The notes beneath the pieces are model-generated. The model was not told the origin of the DNA and did not search any database. It saw only the letters and a program-made list of their open reading frames with translations. A stretch of DNA of 64,000 bases from an uncultured delta proteobacterium (lineage in GTDB: Bacteria > Desulfobacterota > Binatia > UTPRO1): the NCBI GenBank assembly GCA_963761995.1, contig CAVXIU010000006.1, positions 4,697,633 through 4,761,632 on the forward strand, given 5' to 3'. A program made the translations under genes and the position numbers. Below, piece after piece: positions 29,311-39,147 of this stretch. Each line of letters starts with the position of its first letter. The stretch's first letter is position 1.

Positions 29311-29865
29311 CTAGCGGCCACCTTCCCGGGGCAGCAACGATCCGGGGTAGGCGCTGAGAGCCAGCGCCCCGGGCACGACGACGAGCGCGGCGAACGAGAG
29401 CAGCGTCCCGAGCATCCCGATGACCCCTCCCCCTGGCGCCGCCGCCTCCGGGTCCAGGGTCGCGAGGGAAACGCGAAACCAGGCGATCGCGTCACAGGCG
29501 CGCGCGAGCGCGTAGACGATCACCAGGACCGCGGTTCCCCCGGCGGCGAGCAGCAGGCGGTGCCACGGACGGCGCGGCGCGACGGCGATCCACGACCACA
29601 GGACCAGCAGGCCGTACGGGTGCGGTCGCTGCTCCAGGTCGCGAAAGAACTCCTCGAGGGCGCCGCGGCGATCGACCTCGACCTGCCCCGTCGGGGTCGC
29701 GACGATCACGCGGGGTGAGCCGACGAGCGCGGTCGCGAGCCGCGCGCCTCCGACCACCAGATCGGCGTACGGCTCGGCGCAGAGGTAGTGGAACGGGAAC
29801 GCCGCGACCAGGAACACCGCCAGCGCCAGCAACGACTGCCTGAGCGGGGTCCGGCCCTCAGGCAT
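29311..29865 (-). CDS. polytopic membrane protein, translationally coupled to the exosortase-family ORF (possibly its C-terminal part)
   Basis: Four or five predicted hydrophobic helices (LLALAVFLVAAFPFHYL..., YGLLVLWSWIAV..., TAVLVIVYALA..., LLSFAALVVVPGALAL). Start overlaps the upstream stop as ATGCCTGA. Confidence 0.4.
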   Translation of the reverse strand: MPEGRTPLRQSLLALAVFLVAAFPFHYLCAEPYADLVVGGARLATALVGSPRVIVATPTGQVEVDRRGALEEFFRDLEQRPHPYGLLVLWSWIAVAPRRPWHRLLLAAGGTAVLVIVYALARACDAIAWFRVSLATLDPEAAAPGGGVIGMLGTLLSFAALVVVPGALALSAYPGSLLPREGGR

Positions 29866-30451
29866 GAGCGTCGTTCGGACGGCCTCCCGCGTCGGCGCCC
29901 AGCCACACCAGCCAGTAGCCGAGGGCGCACAGCACCAGGAGACCTTGCCAAACGAAGGTGTGGCAGACGTCGAACGCTTGGGGCACGTGACGCAGCACGA
30001 GGATGAGCGTCGCGACCCGGACGACGTTCAGCGCCGACACGAACGGCACGACGAACGCCGCCCCGACGAGGCGCCGCTTCCATGCGACGGGATACGCCAG
30101 GATGGCCGCGCCGAGAACCGCCATGATCTCGAAGCCCGAGCACGCCTCGGTCACGCGGAGCGCGCTGTCGGCGATCGAGATCACGTTGCCGTCGACCCCG
30201 ACGTTGCCGTGCGTCAGCCGGACGATCTGGCCGACGACGAAGGCGATCCAGCGGCCCGCGAAGTCGGCGGCCGGCTCCTCGAGCCCGCTCGCACGCGCGG
30301 TCGCGAGCAGAGCCATGATCACCAGGAACCCGGCGGTGAACGTCGCGAGCGATCGCGCGGCGCCGTATTCGAGCGCCTGCACGGCCTGCGGTCGCCGGCG
30401 TGCTCGCCTCCCGGTGGTTCGCTGAGTTCTCGCGCGTGACATGCCTTGCAA
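29858..30451 (-). CDS. exosortase/archaeosortase-family membrane protein (core with Cys and N-x-x-R motifs)
   Basis: Polybasic N-terminus, then TM helices. RVTEACSGFEIMAVLGAAILAYP...VVPFVSALNVVRVATLILVL carries the conserved Cys and the Asn/Arg pair typical of exosortase/archaeosortase transpeptidases. Confidence 0.55.
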   Translation of the reverse strand: MQGMSRARTQRTTGRRARRRPQAVQALEYGAARSLATFTAGFLVIMALLATARASGLEEPAADFAGRWIAFVVGQIVRLTHGNVGVDGNVISIADSALRVTEACSGFEIMAVLGAAILAYPVAWKRRLVGAAFVVPFVSALNVVRVATLILVLRHVPQAFDVCHTFVWQGLLVLCALGYWLVWLGADAGGRPNDAHA

Positions 30452-30607
30452 CCGACCGAGCTACGATCAGCGAGCCCTTAACCGCGATCCCCGGCAGCGT
30501 CAAGAATTTTCTCGCTGCACACCTTGAGGGTGATTCAGAATGGCGCTGGGTCACCCGAGCCGGTGCGCCAGCATTGACCCCGCGGGTGTTCCGGGCTCAA
30601 AGCGAGC

Positions 30608-31102
30608 ATGGTCACCCAGCGGGCCGCCGTTCTCAGGCGTGCGACCGGCGCCGACGCCGCCGCCCTCACGCGACTCGAGAAGCGAAGCTTCACGGGCTAC
30701 TACGCGACGCATCGCTTCTCGCTGCAACAGTTCCGCTATTACCTCGCACGCTCCACCACGATCGCGCACGTGATCGAGGCCGCCGGCGAGATCGCCGCCT
30801 ACTCGCTCGGCGTTCGCGGCACCCGCGGGCGACGACACGTCGCGCAGCTCCACAGCATCGCCACCGACCCGAGCGCGCGCGCGCGACACCTCGGACGTCG
30901 CCTGCTCCGCGCGTTCGTGGCCGAGGCGCGGAGGCGCGGGTGTCGGGTCGCGTACCTCGAGGTCGCGGCGCGGAATCGCCCGGCGATTGCGCTCTTCACC
31001 CAACACGATTTCGTATCGGTGGCGCGGCTCGCGCGGTATTACTCGCCCTCGACGGATGGCCTCCGCATGAGACGCCGGCTCGAAGGCGTCACCCGGGCCT
31101 GA
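30608..31102 (+). CDS. GNAT family N-acetyltransferase
   Basis: ...IAAYSLGVRGTRGRRHVAQLHSIATDPSARARHLGRRLLRAFVAEARRRGCRVAYLEVAARNRPAIALF (acetyl-CoA-binding Q/R-x-x-G-x-G/A motif). Confidence 0.75.
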   Translation: MVTQRAAVLRRATGADAAALTRLEKRSFTGYYATHRFSLQQFRYYLARSTTIAHVIEAAGEIAAYSLGVRGTRGRRHVAQLHSIATDPSARARHLGRRLLRAFVAEARRRGCRVAYLEVAARNRPAIALFTQHDFVSVARLARYYSPSTDGLRMRRRLEGVTRA

Positions 31103-31114
31103 GCGCACAAGCAG

Positions 31115-31151
31115 AAAAGCCTGTCCACGAGTGCTCCGTGGACAGGCTTTT
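31115..31151. terminator. bidirectional rho-independent terminator hairpin
   Basis: AAAAGCCTGTCCACG-agtgctc-CGTGGACAGGCTTTT: 11-bp perfect stem with a 7-nt loop, A-tract on one side and T-tract on the other. Begins 13 nt after the GNAT stop, between convergent genes. Confidence 0.65.
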
Positions 31152-31426
31152 CATTGCGACAGCACAGCGGCTGCTCGCGTCTTCGGATGGAAACCGAAGT
31201 ATCGTTCGAGACGAATTGACCTACTCGGGAAGTGCCGCCGGCGAGGTCACGCCCGACGGCACCGGCTATGACCCGGTGGCGTGTCCATCCATCACTCCCT
31301 GCTCATCCCGACGGACTCCTGCGGAGCCCGTCGACCAGGCACGACCTCGTGCCTCACCTTCATGCCTGCGCCCGCCGGACGCGCTTGTCAACTGCAAACT
31401 AGCTCCCGACTCGGGCCGCCCAAATC

Positions 31427-33510
31427 TCAGCGTAGGTGCGACGCGTCGGGTGGGCTCTTGATCGACGTCCGAATCTGATTGCGCATGGCTTGTGCTTCGG
31501 CACTCGGCGCGGACGTCTGAGCTCCGAGCTCGAGGCCGAGCCTCTCGGAGAGCAGCATGGTGAGCAATCCCTCGAGGACGCCGCCCATGCTGCCGTTGCC
31601 GCCACCGCCGCCCGTTCCGGATCCGTTGTGGCCGCCGTCGATCATGATCTTCGGCACCACGTCGACCCGCGACTGCTCGATGGCCTCCGCGAAGCGGTTC
31701 ATGACCTCTTTGGTGAGCTGAAAACGGGGCCCGCCATACGCGCGCACCTGCTCTTCGATCGCCATCGCCTGCGCGATGCCGACGCGGGCCGCGCGCTGCG
31801 CCTCGGCGCCGGCGAGGGCCTCGATCTTCCGCGACTCGCCCTCGCCGAGGATGCGGATCTTCTCGGCCTCGGCCTGCGCCAGGGTCTGGATCTGCGACGC
31901 CTGCTGCTGGGCGCGCGCGTAGTCGGCCTTGCCCTGGTTGGTCTGGACGGTGATCGAGAGCTCGCTCTCGGTGATGTTGGTCTGCTGCTTGGCGCGCGCC
32001 TCGGCCTCGCGAAGCTCGCGCTCCTTGACCGCAGCGGCCTCCTGGCGGCTGTAGGTCTCGACCTGCTCCTCGGCGATCTGGCGGGCGCGGAGCTGGGTCA
32101 GGATCTGCTCGATCTGGCCGCCGCCCTTCCCCGCCGTCGGCGTGCCGATCAGGACCTCCTGGAGCTCGAGGTTGTACTCGCAGAACTTCGCCTTCATCTC
32201 CTGACCCGACTGGAGCTGGATCGCGCTGCGATCCTGGAGCAGCTGGATCAGCGTGCGGGTCTGGCCGATGTTCTTGAAGTACGCCGACACCATCGGATCG
32301 AGCGTCTGCTCGACCAGGCGCTTGATGTCGCCGAAGCGCTGGATGACCAGCGGCGCCTTGCGGTAGTCGATGTGCACGACCACCGAGAGCGGCAGCGACG
32401 GCTCGAACGCGTCCTTGGTGATCAGCGACACCTCCGCGAGGTTCTCGTCGTAGCGATGCGAGCCCACCTCGCCGCGGGTCCACTTGAGGATGAAGTTGGT
32501 GGTCGGGACCATGATCACCTTGCCGGCGTAGGTGTTGAAGGCGTACTTGCCCGGCAGGAGCGGCCGGCTCCACACGCCGCGCTGGCCGCTCTCGACCAGC
32601 TCGCCGTGCTTGTACTCCTCGCCCGAGAGGTCGAGTCCGATCGCGCCGGTGTAGGAGACCACCACGCCGACGTTGCCGACCTCGACCACGGTCTTGGCGA
32701 CATCTCGACGGTCGCGAACAGGCGGTTGACGTAGTACGTGCCCTCCACCAGCACCTGCAGCTGGCGCCCGCGCAGGCCGCCGGCGGCGAGGAAGCGCTCG
32801 GGGTCCTGGAAGGTGTTGTGAAAGGTGGCGCGGTCGGTGGGGTCGTCGCCGACGGTCGGCGCGATGATCTCGCCCGGCGGCAGCGACGGGCCGTCGTGCA
32901 CGGTCACGATGCCGATCACGTCGTCGCTGCCCTTGATCACCACCGGCTCGAAGCCGTCGCGCTCGCGGATCAGGCTCGCCATGCGATCGAAGACGGCGTG
33001 CTCCTCCCTCTCGAGCGCGAGGTAGTAGACCTGCTCCTCGGTGATCACCACGAACTGGGCGAGGTTGATCGCGTAGGTGCCTTCGCGAAGGATCGCGCGC
33101 TGCGGGCCGCGCTGGCCGCCGTTCGTCAGAAAGGCGGTGGCGTCCTGAAAGTCGATGCCGGGCGGGCTCGAGCCGAGCGTCTGCGTCGGCGGCAGCGGCT
33201 GGCCGTCACGCGCGAAGATGTAGCCGATCTTGCCCTGCGGGATCGTCACCAGCGGCACGCGGTGGACGCGATACTGCAGCGGCATCATGAAGTGCAGGCC
33301 GCCGCGCAGCACCTGCGGCTGGAAGCCCGCCTCGCCCGCGAGGGCGATCAGCCCGGAGCGCACCGAGCCTCGGAAGCTCCACAGCCGCTCGGCGATACCG
33401 ACCCGCGTGTTCGGAATGTAACGAACGGTTCCGGTGACGAAGAAAAGCAGCGGAATTCCCACCAGCAGCACGGTCCCGACGCCCACGCTGCTCCAAAGAG
33501 CGGCGAGCAT
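31427..33510 (-). CDS. SPFH/band-7 flotillin-like protein, interrupted by a frameshift near 32715
   Basis: N-terminal TM (MLAALWSSVGVGTVLLVGIPLLFFV) and the SPFH first half sit in ORF 32515..33597, up to ...YYVNRLFATVE. The continuation VAKTVVEVGNVGVVVSYTGAIGLD... and the flotillin coiled coil (EQVETYSRQEAAAVKERELREAEARAKQQ...) are in ORF 31427..32689, a different frame. Confidence 0.7.
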
Positions 33511-33638
33511 GTCGATCACGGCGTTCACTTCTCCTGGTCGCGCCTGCCGCCGGGGGGTGCGGGGGACGGCGACCCGCAGGTTGCCCCCCGCGAGCACGTC
33601 CGAATACGCACGATCCTATGGAGGGCGCGCGGCTGTCG

Positions 33639-34436
33639 CTAGGGGCCGTCGAAACGCCGGACGGCGTCGGCAACCATGCGATCGAGCAACGCCGGCGCGA
33701 CGAGCTTCACCCACCCGCCGAGCTTGCCGGCCGCCGTCATGACCAGCTCGCGGTCGCGACGGTCGATCGCGCGTACGATCTGACGCACACATTCCTCGAC
33801 CGGCATCGCGGCGACCGCGCGTGGCCGCGCGCCGTGCCGGGTGCCGTCGGCGCCGAGCCGGCGCTCGTGGATGGCGGTGTCGACCGCGCCCGGCGACACC
33901 ACCAAGACGCCGACGCCGCTCTCGCGGAGCTCGATCCGGAGCGAGTCGAAGAAGCCCTGCATGGCGTGCTTGCTGGCAGCGTAGCCGGAATAGGTCGGGA
34001 ACCCCGTCTTCCCCTGCAGCGACGACACGGCGACGATCAGTCCGCGCCGCGCCTTCAGCGAGGGCAGCGCGTGGTGCGTGCAATGCACCGCACCCAGATA
34101 GTTGACGCGCATGACGTGCTCGAAGACGCCGAGGTCCGCGACCGCATCGAAGCGTGCCTGCATCGAGATCCCGGCGTTGTTCACCAGGATGTCGATGCCG
34201 CCGAGCCGCTCCACGGCGGCGGCCACGAGGCGGCGACACGCCTCGGGATCGGCGACGTCCGTCGGCACCGCGTAGGCGCGACCGCCCGCGGCGGCAACGA
34301 GTCGCACGGTCTCGTCGAGCCCGGCGGCGCTCCGCGCCGCCACCACGAGGTGGGCGCCGCGCGCGGCGAGCGCGATCGCGAGCGCACGTCCGATGCCGTC
34401 GGAGGCGCCGGTGATGACGATGCTCTTGTCCCGCAT
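33639..34436 (-). CDS. SDR family oxidoreductase
   Basis: KSIVITGASDGIGRALAIALAARGAHLVVAAR (TGxxxGxG). NNAG. YSGYAASKHAM (YxxxK). Confidence 0.8.
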   Translation of the reverse strand: MRDKSIVITGASDGIGRALAIALAARGAHLVVAARSAAGLDETVRLVAAAGGRAYAVPTDVADPEACRRLVAAAVERLGGIDILVNNAGISMQARFDAVADLGVFEHVMRVNYLGAVHCTHHALPSLKARRGLIVAVSSLQGKTGFPTYSGYAASKHAMQGFFDSLRIELRESGVGVLVVSPGAVDTAIHERRLGADGTRHGARPRAVAAMPVEECVRQIVRAIDRRDRELVMTAAGKLGGWVKLVAPALLDRMVADAVRRFDGP

Positions 34437-34550
34437 GGATTCGCTCCTCTCCTGCCGCTTCCACGTCGCGTGCCATGCCGGTCCGCCGCGGACGATCCGC
34501 AATACGGGGCGACCGCGCGTTGCGAGCACGCAACACGATGTTGCAGCACG

Positions 34551-35432
34551 TCAACGACGGAAGCGATCGATCAAGAAATCGAGTAGCGCCCGTGTGCGCG
34601 CCGGCAGATGTCGGCGCTCGGTGTAAACCGCAAAGACGGCGACCTCACGAACGGCGAAGCGCGGCAGCAGCGCACGGAGGGTGCCGCGGCGGAGGTCCGA
34701 CGCGATCAGGAACCGCGGCAGCCTGGCGACGCCCATGCCGGCGCGCGTCGCGGCCGCGAGCGCCTCGACGTCGTTGCTGCGCAGCGGCCCCCGCACCTCG
34801 ACCGCATCCTCGGCTCCGACGAACCGCCACAGGTTGCTCCGAGACGGCCCGACCTGCAGCAAGCAGGCGTGGCGCGCCAGGTCGGCGGGAGTCTTCGGTC
34901 GCCCGCGCAGCTTCAGATATGCCGGCGCGGCGCACGTGATCACCTCGAATCCGCCGAGGCGCGTACGGATCAGGCCGGCGGCCCGCCCCGGATCGTCGAT
35001 GCGGATCGCCAGGTCGACCTTCTCCTCGACGAGGTCGAGCCGGCGCTCGCCGAGGACGAGGTCGAGCGCGACCGCCGGATGCGCGGCCGAGAAGGCCGCG
35101 AGGTGCGGCAGCAGGACGTGACGGGCGAAGGCCGGCGGCGCGGTCAGCCGCACGTCGCCGCGCAGCTCCGCACCCGCGGCCGCCGCCTCGCACTCGCCCT
35201 CCTCGAGCTCGGCCAACGCGCGCCGGGCGCGGGCGTAGAACGAAGAGCCGGCGTCGGTGGGACGGAGCCGGCGCGTGCTGCGCGTCAGCAGTCGGACGCC
35301 GAGGCGGGCCTCGAGGCCGCCGATGCGGCGACTCACCGCCGGTTGCGACAGCCCGAGCGCGGCCGCCGCGGCGGTGAAGCCGCCCGCGTCCACCACCGCC
35401 ACGAAGACCGCCGCATCCTCGAATCGCGACAT
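34551..35432 (-). CDS. LysR family transcriptional regulator
   Basis: MSRFEDAAVFVAVVDAGGFTAAAAALGLSQPAVSRRIGGLEARLGVRLLTRSTRRLRPT (HTH). C-terminal LysR substrate-binding domain. Confidence 0.8.
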   Translation of the reverse strand: MSRFEDAAVFVAVVDAGGFTAAAAALGLSQPAVSRRIGGLEARLGVRLLTRSTRRLRPTDAGSSFYARARRALAELEEGECEAAAAGAELRGDVRLTAPPAFARHVLLPHLAAFSAAHPAVALDLVLGERRLDLVEEKVDLAIRIDDPGRAAGLIRTRLGGFEVITCAAPAYLKLRGRPKTPADLARHACLLQVGPSRSNLWRFVGAEDAVEVRGPLRSNDVEALAAATRAGMGVARLPRFLIASDLRRGTLRALLPRFAVREVAVFAVYTERRHLPARTRALLDFLIDRFRR

Positions 35433-35620
35433 TCGACTCGTGCCTCCCGTCATGAAGCCCTGCACCCCACGACCCCGGTGAGACCGTTCGGGCGTGGTTA
35501 CATCGCAGCCGCGTCACGTCGCAACGGAGCGTCGTCCGAGGACGCCCTGGTCGAGCACCCCGCCGGTTGACGAGGCGAAACCGCGCCGACTATCTTCCGC
35601 CGCGGGAAAGGAGGCTCGCC

Positions 35621-36478
35621 ATGAGCGCTCCCGCCGGCCGTTCCGCCGACCTCGTCCGCTCGCTCGAGGCGCGCGCCCGTGAGATCCGCGAGCAGACGAT
35701 CCGTCTCGGCGTGAAGTCGGGCTCGACCCACTTCGGCGGCTCGCTCTCGATGGTCGACATCCTCGCCGTCCTCTACTTCCACGTGCTCCGCATCGACGCG
35801 GCGCGACCGGACTGGGACGGGCGCGACCGCTTCGTCCTCTCCAAGGGCCACGGCGCGACCAGCTACTGTCCCACCCTCGCCGCCGCCGGATTCTTCCCGA
35901 CGAGCGCGATGGACGACATCAACCATCTCGGCAGCGCCTTCGGCATGCACATCGACATGCGAAAGATCCCCGGCGTCGACATGAGCACGGGCTCGCTCGG
36001 CCACGGGCTGCCGGTCGCCGTCGGCATGGCGCTCGCCGATCGCGTGCAGAAGAAGAGCCGGCGCGTGTTCTGTCTCATGGGCGACGCCGAGCAGAACGAG
36101 GGCTCGATCTGGGAGGCGGCGCAGGCGGCCGGGCATTTCAAGCTCGGCGGCCTGTGCGCGATCGTCGACCGCAACCGCTACAGCTCCGAGGGCGACACCG
36201 AGGAGATCCTCGCGATCGAGCCCCTGCACGAGAAATATGCCGCCTTCGGCTGGAACGCGCTCCGCGTCGACGGCCACGACGTCCCGGCCCTGCTCGACGC
36301 CTTCGCGGCGCTGCCGGAGGGCGACCGCGCCAAGCCGACGGCGATCGTCGCCGACACCGTCAAGGGCAAGGGCGTGTCCTTCATGGAGGCGGGGGCCGCG
36401 TGGCACTACGGCGCGCTCAGCGAGGAGGACGCCGAGCGCGCCATTGCCGAGGTGCGCGGCCACGCGCCCGCGCGCTGA
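35621..36478 (+). CDS. transketolase, N-terminal (TPP-binding) subunit
   Basis: AAGGAGG RBS before ATG 35621. GSTHFGGSLSMVDILAVLYF...SKGHGA...GSLGHGLPVAVGMALA...LMGDAEQNEGSIWEA. Confidence 0.85.
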   Translation: MSAPAGRSADLVRSLEARAREIREQTIRLGVKSGSTHFGGSLSMVDILAVLYFHVLRIDAARPDWDGRDRFVLSKGHGATSYCPTLAAAGFFPTSAMDDINHLGSAFGMHIDMRKIPGVDMSTGSLGHGLPVAVGMALADRVQKKSRRVFCLMGDAEQNEGSIWEAAQAAGHFKLGGLCAIVDRNRYSSEGDTEEILAIEPLHEKYAAFGWNALRVDGHDVPALLDAFAALPEGDRAKPTAIVADTVKGKGVSFMEAGAAWHYGALSEEDAERAIAEVRGHAPAR

Positions 36479-36500
36479 CGTCGACGGGAGACGATCGACC

Positions 36501-37472
36501 ATGCCCTACGGCACCACCTACAACGTCGACACCCTCGAGCTCCTGACCAGCTACGAGTCCTACGGCCGCACGCTGGTCGAGCTCGGCACCGCCCACCCCG
36601 AGGTCGTCGTCCTCACCGCCGACCTCTCGCGCTCGACGCGGGCGACCGATTTCTTCGCCGCCTTTCCCGAGCGCGCCTTCAACCTCGGCATCGCCGAGCA
36701 GAACATGGTGGGCGCCGCCGCCGGCATGGCCGCCTCCGGGCTCGTGCCGTTCGTCATCAACATCGCCACCTTTCAGACCATGCGCTCCTTCGAGCAGATC
36801 CGCAGCGACTTCGGCTACCCGCGGCTCAAAGGGATCTTCATGTCGATCTGGTCCGGGCTCTCGGGCGGTTACGTCGGGGCGACGCACCACGCGATCGAGG
36901 ACCTGGCGCTCATGCGTCTCATTCCCAACATGGCGGTTCTCGCGCCGGCCAACGCCGAGGACACGGCCGCCGCGACCCGTGCCGCCTTCGAGCACCCCGG
37001 TCCGTCGTACATCCGGATCGCGAACGGCATGGAGGCGAGCGGCAACGAGGGCCAGCCCTTCGTGCTCGGACGCATGGCGCGGACCCACGAGGGCTCGGCC
37101 GCGACGATCATCGCCTGCGGCGCGCAGGTCACGGCGTCCAACCGCGCCGCCGAGCGCCTCGCCGCGGACGGCATCGCGGTGCGCGTCCTCTATTGTCACA
37201 CCGTGAAGCCGCTCGACGTCGAGGCGGTGTTGGCCGCGGCGCGCGAGACCGGCCTGATCCTGACCGTCGAGGATCACACGACGCTCGGCGGCCTCGGTGG
37301 AGCGGTCGCCGAGACCCTCGCCGAGTCGGGCCTGGGCGCGCGCCTGGTGCGTCTCGGCATCCCCGACACCTATGCACCGATCGGCTATGCTCCGGAGCTC
37401 TATGCCCACTTCGGTTACGACACCGACGGCATCGAGACCGCCGTACGACGGGCGCTTGCGAAGTCGCGCTAG
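36501..37472 (+). CDS. transketolase, C-terminal (pyrimidine-binding) subunit
   Basis: MPYGTTYNVDTLELLTSYESYGRTLVEL...NLGIAEQNMVGAAAGMAASGLVPFV...THHAIEDLALMRLIPNMAV. Sits 23 nt after the N-terminal subunit. Confidence 0.85.
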   Translation: MPYGTTYNVDTLELLTSYESYGRTLVELGTAHPEVVVLTADLSRSTRATDFFAAFPERAFNLGIAEQNMVGAAAGMAASGLVPFVINIATFQTMRSFEQIRSDFGYPRLKGIFMSIWSGLSGGYVGATHHAIEDLALMRLIPNMAVLAPANAEDTAAATRAAFEHPGPSYIRIANGMEASGNEGQPFVLGRMARTHEGSAATIIACGAQVTASNRAAERLAADGIAVRVLYCHTVKPLDVEAVLAAARETGLILTVEDHTTLGGLGGAVAETLAESGLGARLVRLGIPDTYAPIGYAPELYAHFGYDTDGIETAVRRALAKSR

Positions 37473-37533
37473 CGCGTCTTTCCTTTCCTGCTGGCTCCGC
37501 GCGTCGATCTGTGACATCGGGACGGCTCGCCTC

Positions 37534-38635
37534 ATGCCGACGACGACCCGCGCGGCGCTGGCCGCCTTCCTGTCCCTCACTCTTTCGACTCCGATCGCCG
37601 CTGCGGATGCGGCGAGCAGCGACCTCGCCGTGGCCGGGGCGGCCCTGTATGCGCAGTACTGCCAGCTCTGTCACGGCGCCAAGCTCGAGGGCTACGCCGC
37701 CGACAACGCCCCCGCCCTCGCCTCCCCCACCTTTCGCGCCACCGCGAGCGATGCGTTTCTCCAGATGGCGATCGAGCGCGGTCGCGCCGGCACCGCGATG
37801 GCCGGATACGGAAAGGCGGTGGGCGGGCCGTTCGGGCCGGGCGAGGTCGACGCGCTGATCGTGCACATCCGCGGCGGAACGAAGCCTACGACGCTGCCGC
37901 CCAAGGCCTCCAAAGGGAGCGCCGCGGAGGGCGCCACGCGTCTACGCGGCGCACTGCCAGAGCTGCCACGGCACGGTCGAGCAACGCGGCGAGGCGGTGC
38001 ATCTGGCGAACGCGATGTTCCTCGCGAGCGCGAGCGACGCATTCCTGCGGGTCGCCATCGTGGAGGGCCGACCGGGGACGGCGATGGAGGCGTGGCGGGG
38101 CAAGCTCGCCGACAAGGACATCGAGAACGTCATCGCCTACCTGCGATCGCTCGCACGCCCCGTACCGGCCCCGCCCACCCCGGCGCCGTCGCCGGTCCCG
38201 CACGCCGTGGTCTCGCCGATCCTGAACCCGACGGGCGAGCCGCCCGATTTCGACCTGCGCTACGGGCGCTATGCGTCGGTCGCCGACGTCGCCAAGGCCT
38301 ACGCGGCAAAGCGGCGGATGATCCTGATCGATGCGCGTCCCCCGTCCGACTATCTGCGCATGCACATCCCCGGCGCGATCTCGGTCCCCTATTTCGACAT
38401 GCGCAACCTCGATCGGGTGCCGAACGACGGGACCTGGGTGATCGCCTACTGCGTCTGCCCGCACGAAGAGTCGGGCCGCGTGCTCGAGGAGCTGCGCAAG
38501 CGCGACTACCCGAACACGGCCGTGCTCGACGAGGGCCTCTTCCACTGGGTCGAGGCGGGACACCCGATGGAAATGGCGCCCGGTCAGCTACCGATTCCGG
38601 CCCCGCCGCCGAAGGCGCCGCCACCAGGCGGTTGA
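37534..38635 (+). CDS. diheme cytochrome c fused to a C-terminal rhodanese-like domain; frameshift near 37915 between the two heme domains
   Basis: Signal MPTTTRAALAAFLSLTLSTPIAAADA. Heme motif 1 is CQLCHG in one frame. Heme motif 2 (YAAHCQSCHG) and a duplicated cytochrome domain are in the next frame. Then comes a rhodanese fold (RMILIDARPPSDYLRMHIPGAISVPY...YCVCPHEES). Confidence 0.6.
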
Positions 38636-38798
38636 CCCACCACCCCATGCGCTCGCGCATGGGCTCTCCCGCAGCATGTCGGCGTTCACGCAGTGGCGCC
38701 CGCCACGAAGGTGACGCCCGCGGCGTCCGCATCGTCCCGCGCCAAGCGGAGTTCCGCATGGCACGCGCGATGCTGGTCGAGCCGCGAGGAGAGTCGTC

Positions 38799-39137
38799 AT
38801 GAAAGCCATCATGCTCGTCGGAGCGGCATTGCTGCTCGTGGTGGGAACACAGGCCCATGGTGAGGATCAGAAGTGGACGACGGTGAAGGCTCCGCCGGGG
38901 CCGCCGAACGTCACGATCAAGCTCGACGCGCCCGCGGATGCGAGCGAGCAGGAGATCGCGGCCGGCCTCGCCGCCGAGCAGGCCAAGCACGACCCGATCG
39001 CGCAGCAGCGGGCGGAGGCCGCGAAACAGAAGGCGGCCGCGGACGAGGCCCACACCGCGCGCATCCGCAAGATCTGCGACTCGATCCCCGAGTCGTCGAT
39101 GCGCAACGACCCGTCGCTGCGCAAGATGTGTCAGTAG
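38799..39137 (+). CDS. small secreted hypothetical protein
   Basis: Signal MKAIMLVGAALLLVVGTQAHG, then a charged helical region. C-terminal ...CDSIPESSMRNDPSLRKMCQ. Confidence 0.45.
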   Translation: MKAIMLVGAALLLVVGTQAHGEDQKWTTVKAPPGPPNVTIKLDAPADASEQEIAAGLAAEQAKHDPIAQQRAEAAKQKAAADEAHTARIRKICDSIPESSMRNDPSLRKMCQ

Positions 39138-39147
39138 CGCGCGCCGG

